64,000 nucleotides of DNA from an uncultured Chloroflexia bacterium. Lineage in GTDB: Bacteria > Chloroflexota > Limnocylindria > QHBO01. Every line of letters begins with the position of its first letter. Position 1 is the stretch's first letter. Below, one piece after another: positions 18,163 to 29,373 of the stretch. The stretch covers positions 202,500-266,499 of the forward strand of contig CAWJOA010000006.1 of assembly GCA_963844415.1 (NCBI GenBank), in the 5' to 3' direction. Position numbers and translations under genes: made by a program. The notes beneath the pieces are model-generated. The model saw only the letters and a list, made by a program, of their open reading frames with translations, had not been told where the DNA came from and searched no databases.

Positions 18163-19521
18163 TCAGTTCGAGACGTTGACGTCCACCCACACCAGCCGGT
18201 GGTCGGACGATGGGACCGGGAACCCCGTACCGGTCAGGTACACGAGCGGATCGTCCGCCGTGGGCCAGAACACTCCGGCGCCGGCGATGTCCAGATCGTG
18301 GCTCGGGAGCACGTAGTCCGCCCGGAGGTTGCCCGGCCCGGAGCACGGCGGGAACGCCGGGAAGTCGCAGAAGTCCGCCGTGTCGAACGCCGGGTCGCTG
18401 AGATGGGTGTCGTTGAGCTCGTTCTGCGCGTCCGCCCAGAAGGGACCCCCCGCGCTGGCGGGGGTCACGCTCGTGTTCACGAGGCCGCTGTCCAGGAGCT
18501 GCTGGATCGAACCCGGGATGCTGTCTCCGTCCAGCGGGTCCGAGTTCTGGTCGCCGGCGATCACGAACCGCGCCCCCGCCTCGAGCCCGCCGAAGCCCCC
18601 CTCGTCGTCGTAGATGTAGGCCGCCTCCTCGCCACCGGCGATGTAGTCGGCCCACAGGCGGATCTCGTCGAAGTTGCGCCGGCCGTTGCGGTCCTCGTCA
18701 CCGTCGAAGACCGGTGGCGTCGGGTGGCTGGCGAGGAAGTGAACGGTCTGGTTGCCGATCCGCACCGGGACGTCCCAATGGCTCTTCGAGCTGAGCGGCA
18801 GAACGTCGAGCTCGGCGTCGGTGTACCACGGCTGCCCGCGCAGCTCGGGCACCGGCCAGCTTTCCGGGTACGTCGGCAGCAGCGCTCCGGGCATATCGGC
18901 CCACTTGAAGTGCTGGAAGGTGCGGGCCTGGCCATGCACGATCGGGTGCTGGCTGAAGACCGCCATCGCGAACTTCCCCGGGAACTCACCGAACCCGAGG
19001 GCATCATCACCGTAGCCCGGCGCCAGCGGTGTGCTCACGACGCCGCCCGCGTTGTTCAGGTCGAACCCGGAGTGGATGCCGGTGTTCGAGGGGGCCACGA
19101 AGACGTGGTTGTAGCGGATCGGTTCGGCGCCGTTCTGGCCGATGCCGAGGTAGTTCTTCTGGAACGCCTTGGTCAGCGCGTTCCCGGTCACCGGGCCGGC
19201 GATGTAGTCGAACTCGTTGATGAGCAGGACCTCGGGGCGCACGCGCTGGATGATCTCCGCCACGGCCGCCGCCTGGGCGCGTCGCGTGCGGAGGGCGAGA
19301 TCGGGCTCATTGGGGTCGAATGGCTCGGAAAGGTCGGAAAGCGCCTGGCCGGGAAGGTTGCGATTGAGCGAAGCGTTGAACGTCGCGAACCGGACCGGGT
19401 CAGGCTCATTGTCGCGTGCCGAGATCGGCCGCGCCGTGACGAGCACCGTGCCGAGAAGCAGCATCATGGCCAGCATCATTGCAGCCGACTGCCTCGCACT
19501 TCGAGGCGTCGAGACGGACAT
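18163..19521 (-). CDS. Secreted endonuclease/exonuclease/phosphatase-family protein
   Basis: Signal peptide; RFATFNASL, INEFD, SHPTPPVFD, GDQNSD, RADYVLPS and SSDHRLVW motifs; AAGGAGG RBS. Confidence 0.9.
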   Translation of the reverse strand: MSVSTPRSARQSAAMMLAMMLLLGTVLVTARPISARDNEPDPVRFATFNASLNRNLPGQALSDLSEPFDPNEPDLALRTRRAQAAAVAEIIQRVRPEVLLINEFDYIAGPVTGNALTKAFQKNYLGIGQNGAEPIRYNHVFVAPSNTGIHSGFDLNNAGGVVSTPLAPGYGDDALGFGEFPGKFAMAVFSQHPIVHGQARTFQHFKWADMPGALLPTYPESWPVPELRGQPWYTDAELDVLPLSSKSHWDVPVRIGNQTVHFLASHPTPPVFDGDEDRNGRRNFDEIRLWADYIAGGEEAAYIYDDEGGFGGLEAGARFVIAGDQNSDPLDGDSIPGSIQQLLDSGLVNTSVTPASAGGPFWADAQNELNDTHLSDPAFDTADFCDFPAFPPCSGPGNLRADYVLPSHDLDIAGAGVFWPTADDPLVYLTGTGFPVPSSDHRLVWVDVNVSN

Positions 19522-19628
19522 GGCGCAGGGACCTCCTTGAGGTTGGGTGGTGTCTTCCGTGCTGCACACCGTGCGCCAGCCATGACAACGCTTCGTCAAG
19601 GCCGAGTGCCGGTATCCTTTCGACACCG

Positions 19629-20114
19629 ATGCCGACCGTCGCCGTCATCTGCGGCTCCCGTTCCGACCTCCCGACCCTCAAGGGCTGCTTCGACGTGCTC
19701 GACTCGTACGAGGTCAGCTGGGAGGCATCGGTCATCAGCGCCCACCGCCAGGCCGATGCGCTCCACGCCTACGTCGCGCAGGCCGAGGCAGACGGGGTGC
19801 GGCTGTTCATCGGTGCGGCCGGCCTCGCCGCGCACCTGCCCGGTGTGCTTGCCTCGCTCACGGCGCTTCCGGTGATCGGCGTGCCGCTCGACGGCGGCTC
19901 GCTCGGCGGCGCCGATGCGCTCTACGCGGTCGTCCAGATGCCGCCCGGGGTCCCGGTCGCGACCGTCGCCATCGGCTCGGCCGGGGCGAAGAATGCCGGC
20001 CATCTCGCCGCGCGCATCCTGGCGCTGTCCGACGAAGCCGTCGCGGCGCGGGTCCGCGCGTTCCGCGACGAGCAGGCCGGGAAGGCCGAGCTTCGGGTCG
20101 ACCCGCGGGCATGA
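19629..20114 (+). CDS. purE: N5-CAIR mutase
   Basis: GS.SD, SAHR, AGLAAHLPG, PVIGVP and QMPPGVPVATV motifs. Confidence 0.96.
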   Translation: MPTVAVICGSRSDLPTLKGCFDVLDSYEVSWEASVISAHRQADALHAYVAQAEADGVRLFIGAAGLAAHLPGVLASLTALPVIGVPLDGGSLGGADALYAVVQMPPGVPVATVAIGSAGAKNAGHLAARILALSDEAVAARVRAFRDEQAGKAELRVDPRA

Positions 20115-21431
20115 TCGACCGATACGCGCTGCCGGAGCTGCGCGAGATCTTCGGGGAGCGGCACAAGCTCGAGCTGTGGCTGAAGATCGAGATGCTGGCG
20201 CTCGAGGCGATGGCCGAGGCCGGCGTCGTGCCGAGGGCCGACTTCGAGCGCATTCGCCACGAGGTCGGGGACGTCGACCCGGAGCGAGCGCACGAGATCG
20301 AGCGGGAGTCGCAGCACGACGTCATTGCCTTCCTGCGCTCGATCACCGAGCGGCTCGGGCCCGAGGGCCGCTGGCTCCATTACGGGCTGACGAGCTCGGA
20401 CGTGCTCGACACGGCGACCGCGGTCGTCCTGCGCGACGCGACCCGCGTCGTCGAGGGAGAGCTGGCGCGGCTCGTCGAGGTCGTCCGCCGGCTCGCGCTC
20501 CAGCATCGCGACACGCCGATGGTCGGCCGCTCGCACGGGATCCACGCCGAGCCGATCACCTTCGGCTTCAAGGCCGCCGGCTGGCTCGCCGAGCTCCAGC
20601 GCGACGCCGACCGCCTGGCGCGGGCCAGGGACGTCGTCAGCGTCGGCTCGATCTCGGGGGCGGTCGGCACCCATGCCAACGTCGGCGCCGACGTGGAGAG
20701 CCACGTCCTGGGCGGGCTTGGCCTGGCCACGGACCCGGCGCCGACGCAGGTCGTCAGCCGTGACCGCCACGCCGAGCTGCTCACCACCCTCGCGATCCTG
20801 GGCGGAACGCTGGAGCGCATCGCGGTCGAGATCCGCCACCTCCAGCGCACAGAGGTCGGGGAGGCCTTCGAGCCCTTCGGCTCCGGTCAGCAGGGATCGA
20901 GCGCGATGCCACACAAGCGCAACCCGGTCCTCGCCGAGCGGGTCACCGGCATGGCGCGGCTGCTGCGCGCCGACGCGATCATCGGCCTCGAGAACATGGC
21001 CCTCTGGCACGAGCGCGACATCAGCCACAGCTCGACCGAGCGCTTCGTCTTCGAGCGCGCGCTCGGGGTCGCCGCCTATGCCACCCGTGCGACCGCCGAC
21101 ATCCTCGACGGGCTCGAGGTCGATGCCGATCGGATGCGCGCCAACCTCGAGCGCCTCGGCGGGATGGTGTACTCCGAGGCGCTGTTGCTGGCGATGGTCG
21201 CCAAGGGCGCCGATCGACAGGCAGCCTATCGGCTCGTCCAGGGCGCCGCGAAGAGCGCCTGGGCCGACGAGACAGCCTTCCGCGAGGCGCTCCACGCCGA
21301 TCCGAGCCGTCTCCGAGTGGCTGAGCGCGGAGGAGATCGATCGCGCCATGGACCTCGATCACCATCTCGCTGGCATCGGCGTCACCTATCGCGCCCTCGG
21401 GCTCGACGAGGCCCGCCAGGACCGGGACTGA
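20111..21431 (+). CDS. purB: Adenylosuccinate lyase (frameshift near 21305, likely sequencing error)
   Basis: MIDRY, HDVIAF, H.GLTSSD, GRSHGIHAEP, GSSAMPHKRNP and LWHERDISHSS; C-terminus continues in another frame (VSEWLSAEEIDRAMD). Confidence 0.95.
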
Positions 21432-21434
21432 CCG

Positions 21435-22334
21435 ATGCGCCGCTGGCTGAACGCATCGGTGTCGGCGGCGTCGCACGTCGCCGATCGGTCGAGCCTGTGG
21501 CTGCCCGGAGCGCTCGCCTGGATGGTGACCGTCGGCTGGCTGGCGCTCCTGCTCGGCGTGGCGCGGCCGCCGAGCGTCGCGGAGCTCACGTTCCTCGGAG
21601 CGGGGCTCGTGACGTCGGGACAGTGGCCGTGGAACGGCATCGCGATCCTCGTCGCCGCCATCGTGCTCACCTCGTCCGCGATCGCGCTCGCGTCGGTGGC
21701 CGAGGCGGCACTGCTCCGTGGCCGGCGGGTCGCTCCCGGCGAGGTGGGCCGCACCTTCCTCGTCGGTGTCGTGTGCGTCGTGCCGCTGGCCATCGCCGTG
21801 GCCGCGCTCCTCGTCGCGCTCTCGTTCGTCGCCCCCGGCGAGTTCAACGCGCCCGAGCCGGGCAGTCGCGGCGGACCGCTGCTCGGCACCCTCGTCGCGC
21901 TCGGGCCGCTCCTCGTCGTGGCCCTCCTGGCCGCCGTGCTCGGAGGCGCGACCCACGCGGCCGCGATCCGGTCGGCCGGCGAGGGCGGCGGTGCGTGGAG
22001 CGCGCTGCGAGCCGCGCCGGAGGCGCTCGGACGAGCGGGCAGCGCGGTCGTCGGCCAGGTGCTGGCGCTGCTCGTCGCGCGCATCGGCTACCTGGCGCTA
22101 GCGGCGATCCTCCTGCGCGTGCTGTGGACGCCGATCGACGACCGGCTGTCCGGCGACGGTTTCGGCCTCGCCGCCATCCTGCTGCTGGTAGGCTTCGTGG
22201 CGATCTGGCTCTGCCTCGTCCTCGCGGGCGGCGCCCTCCACGCGTGGGGGTCCGTCTCCTGGACGCGCCTCCTCGACACGCGGGGATCCGAGGCCCGGGC
22301 CGTCGCGCAGATGGAGAGCCGCAGCCGCCCGTGA
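21435..22334 (+). CDS. Hypothetical multi-pass membrane protein
   Basis: About 6 hydrophobic segments; lies 3 nt after the purB stop and overlaps the next start. Confidence 0.7.
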   Translation: MRRWLNASVSAASHVADRSSLWLPGALAWMVTVGWLALLLGVARPPSVAELTFLGAGLVTSGQWPWNGIAILVAAIVLTSSAIALASVAEAALLRGRRVAPGEVGRTFLVGVVCVVPLAIAVAALLVALSFVAPGEFNAPEPGSRGGPLLGTLVALGPLLVVALLAAVLGGATHAAAIRSAGEGGGAWSALRAAPEALGRAGSAVVGQVLALLVARIGYLALAAILLRVLWTPIDDRLSGDGFGLAAILLLVGFVAIWLCLVLAGGALHAWGSVSWTRLLDTRGSEARAVAQMESRSRP

Positions 22335-22840
22335 CCCCGGAGCTCACCTTCGCCGACCAGCTCGACCTCGCGTTGCGGCTCACGGTCGGCCTCCTGCTCG
22401 GAGCGATCATCGGCTTCGAGCGCGAGCTCCACAGCCAGCCCGCCGGGTTCCGCACGCACAGCGTGGTGGCGCTCGGCGCCTCGATCTTCACCGTCGTCAG
22501 CGCGTACGCCTTCACCGGGCCGGGTGCCGACCCGACGCGGATCGCCGCCCAGATCGTCTCGGGCATCGGCTTCATCGGTGCGGGGACGATCCTCCACTCG
22601 CGCGGACAGATCCGCGGGCTGACGACGGCGGCCAGCCTCTGGTCGGTGGCGGGGATCGGCATGGCGGCCGGTGCCGGCCTCTACTGGGTGGCGATCATCG
22701 GCACGGTGCTGATGCTCGTGATCCTGTCGCTCTTCGACTGGGCCGAGACCTACGCACGGCGCCGGATGGGCCTCGGGCCCGACGACGGCAGGCCGCCATT
22801 CAACGCAGACGACGACGAGACGAGCAAGGAGCCGACGTGA
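22331..22840 (+). CDS. MgtC/SapB-family membrane protein
   Basis: IGFERE...PAGFRTH, DPTRIAAQIVSGIGFIGAG and GLTTAASLW motifs. Confidence 0.93.
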   Translation: MTPELTFADQLDLALRLTVGLLLGAIIGFERELHSQPAGFRTHSVVALGASIFTVVSAYAFTGPGADPTRIAAQIVSGIGFIGAGTILHSRGQIRGLTTAASLWSVAGIGMAAGAGLYWVAIIGTVLMLVILSLFDWAETYARRRMGLGPDDGRPPFNADDDETSKEPT

Positions 22841-23718
22841 CCCTGACCACCACGAACCTCACCGGGCTGCCGCTCGTGCACCGCGGGAAGGTGCGCGAGA
22901 CGTACGAGGTCGACGACCGTCATCTGCTCCTCGTCGCCACCGATCGCCTGAGCGCCTTCGACGTCGTCTTCGACCAGCCGATCCCCGACAAGGGCGCGGT
23001 CCTCACCCGCCTCAGCGCCTGGTGGTTCACCGAGCTCGCACACCTGGGCCGGTCGCACTTCGTGAGCGCCGATCCGGCCGACCTGCCGGAGCAGGCCCGC
23101 GACCCGGAGATGGCCCCGCGCTCGATGCTCGTCCGCCGCGCCGAGCGCGTCGACGCCGAGTGCGTCGTCCGCGGCTACCTGGCCGGCTCCGGATGGGCGG
23201 AGTACCAGCGCAGCGGATCGGTGTGCGGTCACCCGCTGCCGGCCGGGCTGCACGAGGCCGATCGCCTGCCCGCGCCGATCTTCACGCCGTCGACGAAGGC
23301 CGAGGTCGGCCACGACGAGAACATCAGCCGTCTCGAGCTGGCGCGCATGGTCGGCGTCGAGCTCGCGCAGCAGCTCGAGGAGCGATCGATCGCGCTGTAC
23401 CTCGAGGGAGCGCGCCGCGCGGAGGCAGTCGGGCTGATCCTGGCCGATACGAAGTTCGAGTTCGGGTTCATCGACGGCGAGCTGGCGGTCATCGACGAGG
23501 TGCTGACCCCGGACTCGAGCCGCTTCTGGGACGGTGAGCGCTATGCGCCGGGCCAGAGCCCGCCGAGCTTCGACAAGCAGTTCATGCGCGACTTCGTCTC
23601 GGCGTCGGGCTGGAACAAGGAACCGCCGCCGCCGGTCCTGCCGGACGACGTCATCATCGGCACGCGCGATCGATACGTGGCCGCGTACGAGCGTCTCACC
23701 GGCCGTCCGTGGGGGTGA
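22837..23718 (+). CDS. purC: SAICAR synthase
   Basis: GKVRE.Y, TDRLSAFD, ECVVRGYL.GS, FTPSTKA, DTKFEFG, DEVLTPDSSRFW and SFDKQ motifs. Confidence 0.97.
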   Translation: MTLTTTNLTGLPLVHRGKVRETYEVDDRHLLLVATDRLSAFDVVFDQPIPDKGAVLTRLSAWWFTELAHLGRSHFVSADPADLPEQARDPEMAPRSMLVRRAERVDAECVVRGYLAGSGWAEYQRSGSVCGHPLPAGLHEADRLPAPIFTPSTKAEVGHDENISRLELARMVGVELAQQLEERSIALYLEGARRAEAVGLILADTKFEFGFIDGELAVIDEVLTPDSSRFWDGERYAPGQSPPSFDKQFMRDFVSASGWNKEPPPPVLPDDVIIGTRDRYVAAYERLTGRPWG

Positions 23719-24005
23719 GCCGGGTGCACTGGATGGCCGAGGTCCATGTGTCGCTGCGGCCGGGCATCGCCGATCCGGAGGGACAGACCGTCGGCTCGGC
23801 ACTGCGCTCGCTCGGCTATGGATCGGTCAGCGAGGTGCGCAGCGGCAAGCTCATGCGGATCAGCTTCGAGGCCGTTGACCACGCCGCCGCCGAGGCCGAG
23901 GTCGCGGAGATGTGCCGGCGGCTGCTGGCCAACCCGGTGATGGAGACCGCGAGCTGGGAGATCCGCCTCGACGAGCAGATCGGGGAGCCTCCGGCGCTGC
24001 CGTGA
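23715..24005 (+). CDS. purS: FGAM synthase subunit PurS
   Basis: DPEGQTV...L..LGY, VRSGK and MC..LLANPVME motifs. Confidence 0.95.
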   Translation: MSRVHWMAEVHVSLRPGIADPEGQTVGSALRSLGYGSVSEVRSGKLMRISFEAVDHAAAEAEVAEMCRRLLANPVMETASWEIRLDEQIGEPPALP

Positions 24006-24748
24006 CGCTCCTCGCACGATCCCCACGGGTGACGGTCGCGGTCTTTCCGGGCACCTGGAGCGAGCGCGACTTCGCCCACGTCGCCACCGCGGTCCTCGGC
24101 TGGGAGGCGCGGCTGGCCTGGCACACCGAGACCGATCTCGGCGCCCCGGACGCGGTCGTCCTGCCCGGCGGCTTCGCGCATGGCGACCACCTGCGCACGG
24201 GGGCGATCGCGCGCTTCTCGCCGATCATGGCGTCCGTCGAAGCGTTCGCGGCCGCCGGCGGGCCCGTCATCGGCTCCTGCAACGGCTTCCAGATCCTGGC
24301 CGAGGCCGGACTGCTGCCGGGTGCGCTCATGCGCAACGACCACCTCGAGTTCCGGTGCGACTGGCAGACACTCCGGGTCGAGGCTTCGGCCTCGTCGCCC
24401 GCGTGGCTCGGCGCCCTCGACGATGGCGACGTGATCCGCCTGCCGATCAGCCATGGCGAGGGCCGCTACGTGGCCGATCCGGTGACGCTCGACGAGCTCG
24501 AGGCCACCGGCCGCGTCGTGCTCCGCTACACCGATGCCGACGGCCGCGTCACCGCTGCCGCCAACCCGAACGGGTCGGAGCGTGGAATCGCCGGGATCGT
24601 CAACGAGCGCGGCAACGTGCTCGGCCTCATGCCGCACCCGGAGCGCGCGTCCGAACCGGACGTCGGCGGGGCCGATGGCCTGCGCCTCTTCCGCTCGCTG
24701 GAACGCTGGCTGCAGGAGAGGCCGGCACTCGCGGAGCGTCGGCTATGA
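24002..24748 (+). CDS. purQ: FGAM synthase glutaminase subunit
   Basis: FPG, PGGF.HGD.LR.GAIA, G.CNGFQIL, HGEG.Y, NPNGS and GLMPHPER motifs. Confidence 0.96.
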   Translation: MTLLARSPRVTVAVFPGTWSERDFAHVATAVLGWEARLAWHTETDLGAPDAVVLPGGFAHGDHLRTGAIARFSPIMASVEAFAAAGGPVIGSCNGFQILAEAGLLPGALMRNDHLEFRCDWQTLRVEASASSPAWLGALDDGDVIRLPISHGEGRYVADPVTLDELEATGRVVLRYTDADGRVTAAANPNGSERGIAGIVNERGNVLGLMPHPERASEPDVGGADGLRLFRSLERWLQERPALAERRL

Positions 24749-24791
24749 TCGGCCGGAACGCATAGTCCGGCTGCAGGAGGGCGATCCACGC

Positions 24792-26159
24792 ATGGACCAG
24801 GACCAGCGGGACCCACGTGAACGGCCCGAAGGGGGAGAGCCGGAGGACGCACCCGAGGCGGCGTCGAGCGAGGAGGCTCCGCCCCCGCCCGTGGAGCCCG
24901 CGAGCGAGCCCGAGACGGCAGCCACCGACGAGCCGGCATCGACCGAGCCCGACTGGGGCGCGGCCGCGGAGCCCGCTGCCGCCGAACCCGCTGCGACCGA
25001 GCCCGCGGCCGCCGAGATGGAGAGCTGGCCGACCCAGGACGCGGCAGGAGCCACGGAGTCCCGACCATGGCCGACGGAGCCGCCGGAGGCCGGCGAGCCG
25101 GAGGAGGGGACCTGGCCGACCAGCGCCCCCGAGCGCGGTGACGAGGCCGAGGCGGCCGCCGGAGCCGCCGCCGCGGGAGCTGCCGAGCCCGAGTGGCCGG
25201 CGGAAGGGGCCGAAGCCACGACGACGCCGCCGCCCGCCGAAGTCGAGGCCGAGACCGACGAGTCGGCCTTGCCCGCCGCGGGAGCGGCGGCCGGCGCAGC
25301 TGCCGCGGATGCGCCGCCCGGCGAGGCGGAGGCCTATCCGGCCGCGGCCGCGGGATCGGTCGCCGCCGCCGGCGCGGCGGCCCAGACCGTCCCCGATGCC
25401 GAGGCGGCGACCGGCGAGAGCACCCAGTGCCCGCGGTGCGGCACGGAGAACCGGCCCGGGCTCGCCTTCTGCCGCAACTGCGGTCAGCGGCTCGTGGCGG
25501 CCGGGGTGGCCACGACCGTCGAGCGTCCCGGAACACCCGAGGGGACGATGGCGTGCCCGCGATGCGGGACGCACAACCGCACCGGTGTCGCGTTCTGCCA
25601 GAACTGCGGCGCGAACCTGCGCGGCACCGCGCCGGGCTACGTCCCGCCGGCGGCGGCCGCGGTCGCGGCGGACGAGCGCGCCGCGGTCGAGACCGGCGGC
25701 GCCGTGCTCGGCCCGGTCGTGCTGATCATCGGCCTCGTCGGCCTGATCACCGGCTATCTGCTCCCGTTCGCGGACGGCGACTCGCTGTTCGAGCAGGCGT
25801 TCGGGGCCGGCGGATACGGGATCTCGTTCTGGACCGGCTATCCGGACGGCGGGACCCTGGCGGAGACGCTCTACTTCGGCCTCGCCGCGCCGGTGCCGAT
25901 CCTGGCCGGCCTCCTCGCCATCCTGGCGGTCGCCGGCTTCATCAAGGCTCGGCCCGGATCGCTGCAGACCCCCGGCCTCGTGATCGCCCTAGCCTGGAGC
26001 GTGGGCCTGATCGTGCTCTTCGTCGTCGTCGAGGTCATCGGCAACTGGGGCGGCGGCATCGTCGACGTGCTCCGGGAGCTGTCGGCCGGCGGGATCATCC
26101 TCTTCCTCGCCTCGCTCATCGTGCTCATCGGGACGCTGACGCGCTTCGGGCGGAGCTGA
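24792..26159 (+). CDS. Membrane protein with acidic disordered N-terminus and two zinc ribbons
   Basis: [19 protein letters not shown] and [19 protein letters not shown], followed by 4 hydrophobic helices; AGGAGG upstream. Confidence 0.85.
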   Translation: MDQDQRDPRERPEGGEPEDAPEAASSEEAPPPPVEPASEPETAATDEPASTEPDWGAAAEPAAAEPAATEPAAAEMESWPTQDAAGATESRPWPTEPPEAGEPEEGTWPTSAPERGDEAEAAAGAAAAGAAEPEWPAEGAEATTTPPPAEVEAETDESALPAAGAAAGAAAADAPPGEAEAYPAAAAGSVAAAGAAAQTVPDAEAATGESTQCPRCGTENRPGLAFCRNCGQRLVAAGVATTVERPGTPEGTMACPRCGTHNRTGVAFCQNCGANLRGTAPGYVPPAAAAVAADERAAVETGGAVLGPVVLIIGLVGLITGYLLPFADGDSLFEQAFGAGGYGISFWTGYPDGGTLAETLYFGLAAPVPILAGLLAILAVAGFIKARPGSLQTPGLVIALAWSVGLIVLFVVVEVIGNWGGGIVDVLRELSAGGIILFLASLIVLIGTLTRFGRS

Positions 26160-26161
26160 CG

Positions 26162-26818
26162 GTGCGCTACTGCCCGAACTGCGGCACCGAGGTCGACGAG
26201 ACCGCCGTCTTCTGCCCGACGTGCGGCCACTCCATCGACCAGGCAGCCGAGTCCGAGATGCCGGCCGCTCCGGCCTGGCCGGACGCCTCGGACACTCCGG
26301 CCGCGCCGGCGCCGGAGGCGCCGCGGGCCGACGCGCCGCCGCAGACCGGCGCCGCCGAACCTGACCTGACCGAGCACCGTCCGCAGGGTCCGCCACCGGC
26401 GGCTCCGCCGCCACCGGCGGGGGCCGCATCGGCCGGGCCATCGATCGACGTGCCGCTCACGATGCCAGTGACCCTCTCGGGCTGGCTCATCGGGGTCGGC
26501 GCGCTGGTCGGCGGGCTCGGGATCATCATCGGGATCATCGACGGCGGCTTCCTGAACGTGATCGACCTCGTCCTCCTGTTGGCGCTCATCGCGATCTCGG
26601 TGGCGATCTTCTTCTCGGCCAGCCTGGCGAGCTTCCCGAACCTGCGCCTGGCGACGCTCGTCGTCGCCCTCATCGGCTTCGGCGTCGCTCTCGACCGCAT
26701 CGGCTTCACCGGTGCCGGCGTCGGCGAGCTGTTGGTGTTCCTCGGTACGGCGGCGGCCGCGATCGGCGCCATCCTTCTCGAGCTCGGACGCGACCAGCCC
26801 CTCGGCCCCTCCCGCTGA
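26162..26818 (+). CDS. Zinc-ribbon membrane protein
   Basis: YCPNCGTEVDETAVFCPTCG, a Pro/Ala linker and 4 hydrophobic helices. Confidence 0.85.
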   Translation: MRYCPNCGTEVDETAVFCPTCGHSIDQAAESEMPAAPAWPDASDTPAAPAPEAPRADAPPQTGAAEPDLTEHRPQGPPPAAPPPPAGAASAGPSIDVPLTMPVTLSGWLIGVGALVGGLGIIIGIIDGGFLNVIDLVLLLALIAISVAIFFSASLASFPNLRLATLVVALIGFGVALDRIGFTGAGVGELLVFLGTAAAAIGAILLELGRDQPLGPSR

Positions 26819-26825
26819 AGCGCCG

Positions 26826-29037
26826 ATGACCCTCGCGCCACCGCCGGTCGACAGGCGCCACGGTCTGACGCTCGACGAGTACGCGCTCGTCGTCGAGGCG
26901 CTCGGGCGGCTCCCCAACGAGGTCGAGCTCGGGATGTTCGGCGCGATGTGGTCGGAGCACTGCGCCTACAAGCACTCGCGGCCGCTGCTTGGACGGTTGC
27001 CGAAGGACGGGCCGCGCGTGCTCGTCGGCCCGGGCGAGAACGCCGGTGCGCTCGACATCGGTGACGGGCTGGCGGTCGTGTTCAAGGTCGAGTCGCACAA
27101 CCATCCCAGCGCGGTCGAGCCGTACCAGGGCGCTGCCACCGGCGTCGGCGGCATCATCCGCGACGTCTTCACGATGGGCGCGCGCCCGATCGCGCTGCTG
27201 AACTCGTTGCGCTTCGGCCCGCTCGAGGTCTCGGACGGGAACGATGAGGCCGCCGCCACCCGCAACCGCTACCTGTTCGGCGGCGTCGTCGCCGGCATCG
27301 CCGGCTACGGCAACTGCATCGGTATTCCCGACGTGGGCGGGGAGATCACCTTCGACCCGAGCTATTCGGGCAACCCGCTCGTCAACGCGATGTGCGTCGG
27401 CATTGCGCGCCATGACGAGATCACCCTCGCGCGGGCCGCCGGGACCGGGAGCGTCCTCCTGCTCGTCGGCGCCGCCAGCGGTCGCGACGGGATCCAGGGC
27501 GCGTCGTTCGCGTCGGCGACCCTCGGCGAGGATCGCGAGGAGCGGCGTCCGGCGGTCCAGGTCGGCAACCCGTTCCTCGAGAAGCTGCTCATGGAGGCCT
27601 GCCTCGAGCTGGCGGCCCTCGACGGCGTCGTCGCCATGCAGGACCTCGGCGCCGCCGGGCTCACCTGCGCGCTGGCCGAGCTCACGGCACGGGGCGGCGT
27701 CGGCGCGGAGGTCGACCTCGACCAGGTGCCGCGCCGCGAGCCTGGCATGACACCGTACGAGGTGCTCCTGAGCGAGTCACAGGAGCGGATGCTCGTCGTC
27801 GTGCGGCCGGAGGCCGTCGACGAGGTGCGCGCCGTCTTCGCGCGCTACGAGCTCGAGGCCGCCGCCATCGGCGAGATCACCGACGGCGCGCTCATCCGCT
27901 GCCGCGCCGGCGGCGAGGTCGTGTGCGAGCTCGCCGGTCGGTCGCTCGCCGACGACGCGCCGCGCTACCGGATCGCCGGCGTCGCCCGTGAGCCGCAGCC
28001 GGCCGACCTCGAGCCACTCGCCGCCGAGCGGGCGAGCGCATCGGTCCTGCTCGAGCTGCTGGCGTCCCCGAACGCGCGGGACCGCAAGCCGATCTGGCGA
28101 CGCTACGACCATATGAACGGCACGAACACGATGGTCGGCCCCGGACGCGGCGATGCCGCGATCCTGCGGCTGAAGGGCACGGCCGGCGCGCTGGCGCTGG
28201 CGATCGACGGGCCCGGGCCCGCGCGCATCGGCGCGCTCGACCCGTACCTGGCCGGGGCCTCGGCCGTCATCGAGGGCGCCCTCAACGTGGCCTGCTCGGG
28301 AGCCACCCCGATCGGCATCACCGACTGCCTGAACTTCGGCTCGCCGGAGACCGATCTGGGTGCGTGGCAGCTGGAGCGGGCGATCGACGGGATCGCAGAG
28401 GCGTGCCGGCTGCTCGAACTGCCGGTCGTGTCCGGCAACGTCAGCCTCTACAACGAGACGCCGGACGGACCGATCCTGCCGACGCCGGTGGTGGGCACGA
28501 TCGGGCTGCTCGAGGACCGAACGCTCGCGGTGCCGATGGCGTGGCGCGACGGCGACGAGGTGTGGCTCATCGGCGACCCAGGCGACGACGCCGAGGCGCT
28601 GGCGGGGTCCGAGCTGGCATGGAGCCGCGGCCTGCGCGGCGGACGACCGTCGCTCGATGTCGAGGCCGCCGCGCGCGTCGTGACGCTCCTACCGCGCCTG
28701 GCCGCCGACCGCGTGGTCACCGCCGCGCACGACATCTCGGTCGGCGGGCTGGCGGTGGCCATGGCGCGAGTCTCGATCGCGGCGGGATGCGGCGCGATCG
28801 TGGCGGTTGACACGCGGCGACCGACGGCCGCGCTCTTCGGTGAGCGGGCCGGTCGGGTGATCGTCGCGTGCCGTCCGGAGCACGACGGACCGGCTGGGCG
28901 CTGCGATCGCCGGCGCCGGGGTGCCGGGGCGGAGGCTCGGACTCGCGGGCGGGAATCAGCTCGAGCTCTCGGTGGCGGGTCAGAGCGTCACGATCGCCGT
29001 CGAGGAGCTCTCGGAGGCTTGGCGCCGACCGTTCTAG
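26826..29037 (+). CDS. purL: FGAM synthase subunit PurL (frameshift near 28887, likely sequencing error)
   Basis: MWSEHC.YK, ESHNHPS, GAATGVGGIIRD, QDLGAAG, LSESQERM, DCLNFG, SGNVSLYN and HDIS.GG; ends ...EAWRRPF-stop in the shifted frame. Confidence 0.96.
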
Positions 29038-29072
29038 CTCTCGGAGCCAGGGTGCCGATCTGTCGCCGCGCC

Positions 29073-29366
29073 TCACAGCTCGATCTGGTCGGCGTGGCGC
29101 GCGCGCTTCCGCTTGCCTTCCGCGGCGTCGGCCTCGATGGCGGCCACGATCGGGTCTTCTGCCATCCCGAGGCTCGCGGGTGACGGAGCGCGGCGACGCG
29201 GCTGCTCGGTCCGCTCGGCCTCCTTCCGACCGGCACGACGAACCAGGGCGATTGTGAGCGCGGCGCCGAGCGCAGCGAGCCCGGCCGCCACCACGAGCAG
29301 CACCTCGGCCGAGACGAACGCCAACGGCGTCGCTCCCGAGAGCGCGGCGCCGAGGAGCGTGGTCAT
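29073..29366 (-). CDS. Small single-pass membrane protein
   Basis: MTTLLG... with one TM helix and a charged tail; starts 7 nt after the GGDEF gene stop. Confidence 0.55.
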   Translation of the reverse strand: MTTLLGAALSGATPLAFVSAEVLLVVAAGLAALGAALTIALVRRAGRKEAERTEQPRRRAPSPASLGMAEDPIVAAIEADAAEGKRKRARHADQIEL

Positions 29367-29373
29367 CGGTGCG

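Noticed and set aside
20111-22840. 909-aa ORF suggesting a PurB-MgtC fusion
   Set aside because: Artefact of the frameshift near 21305; the middle is out-of-frame read-through of a separate membrane gene.
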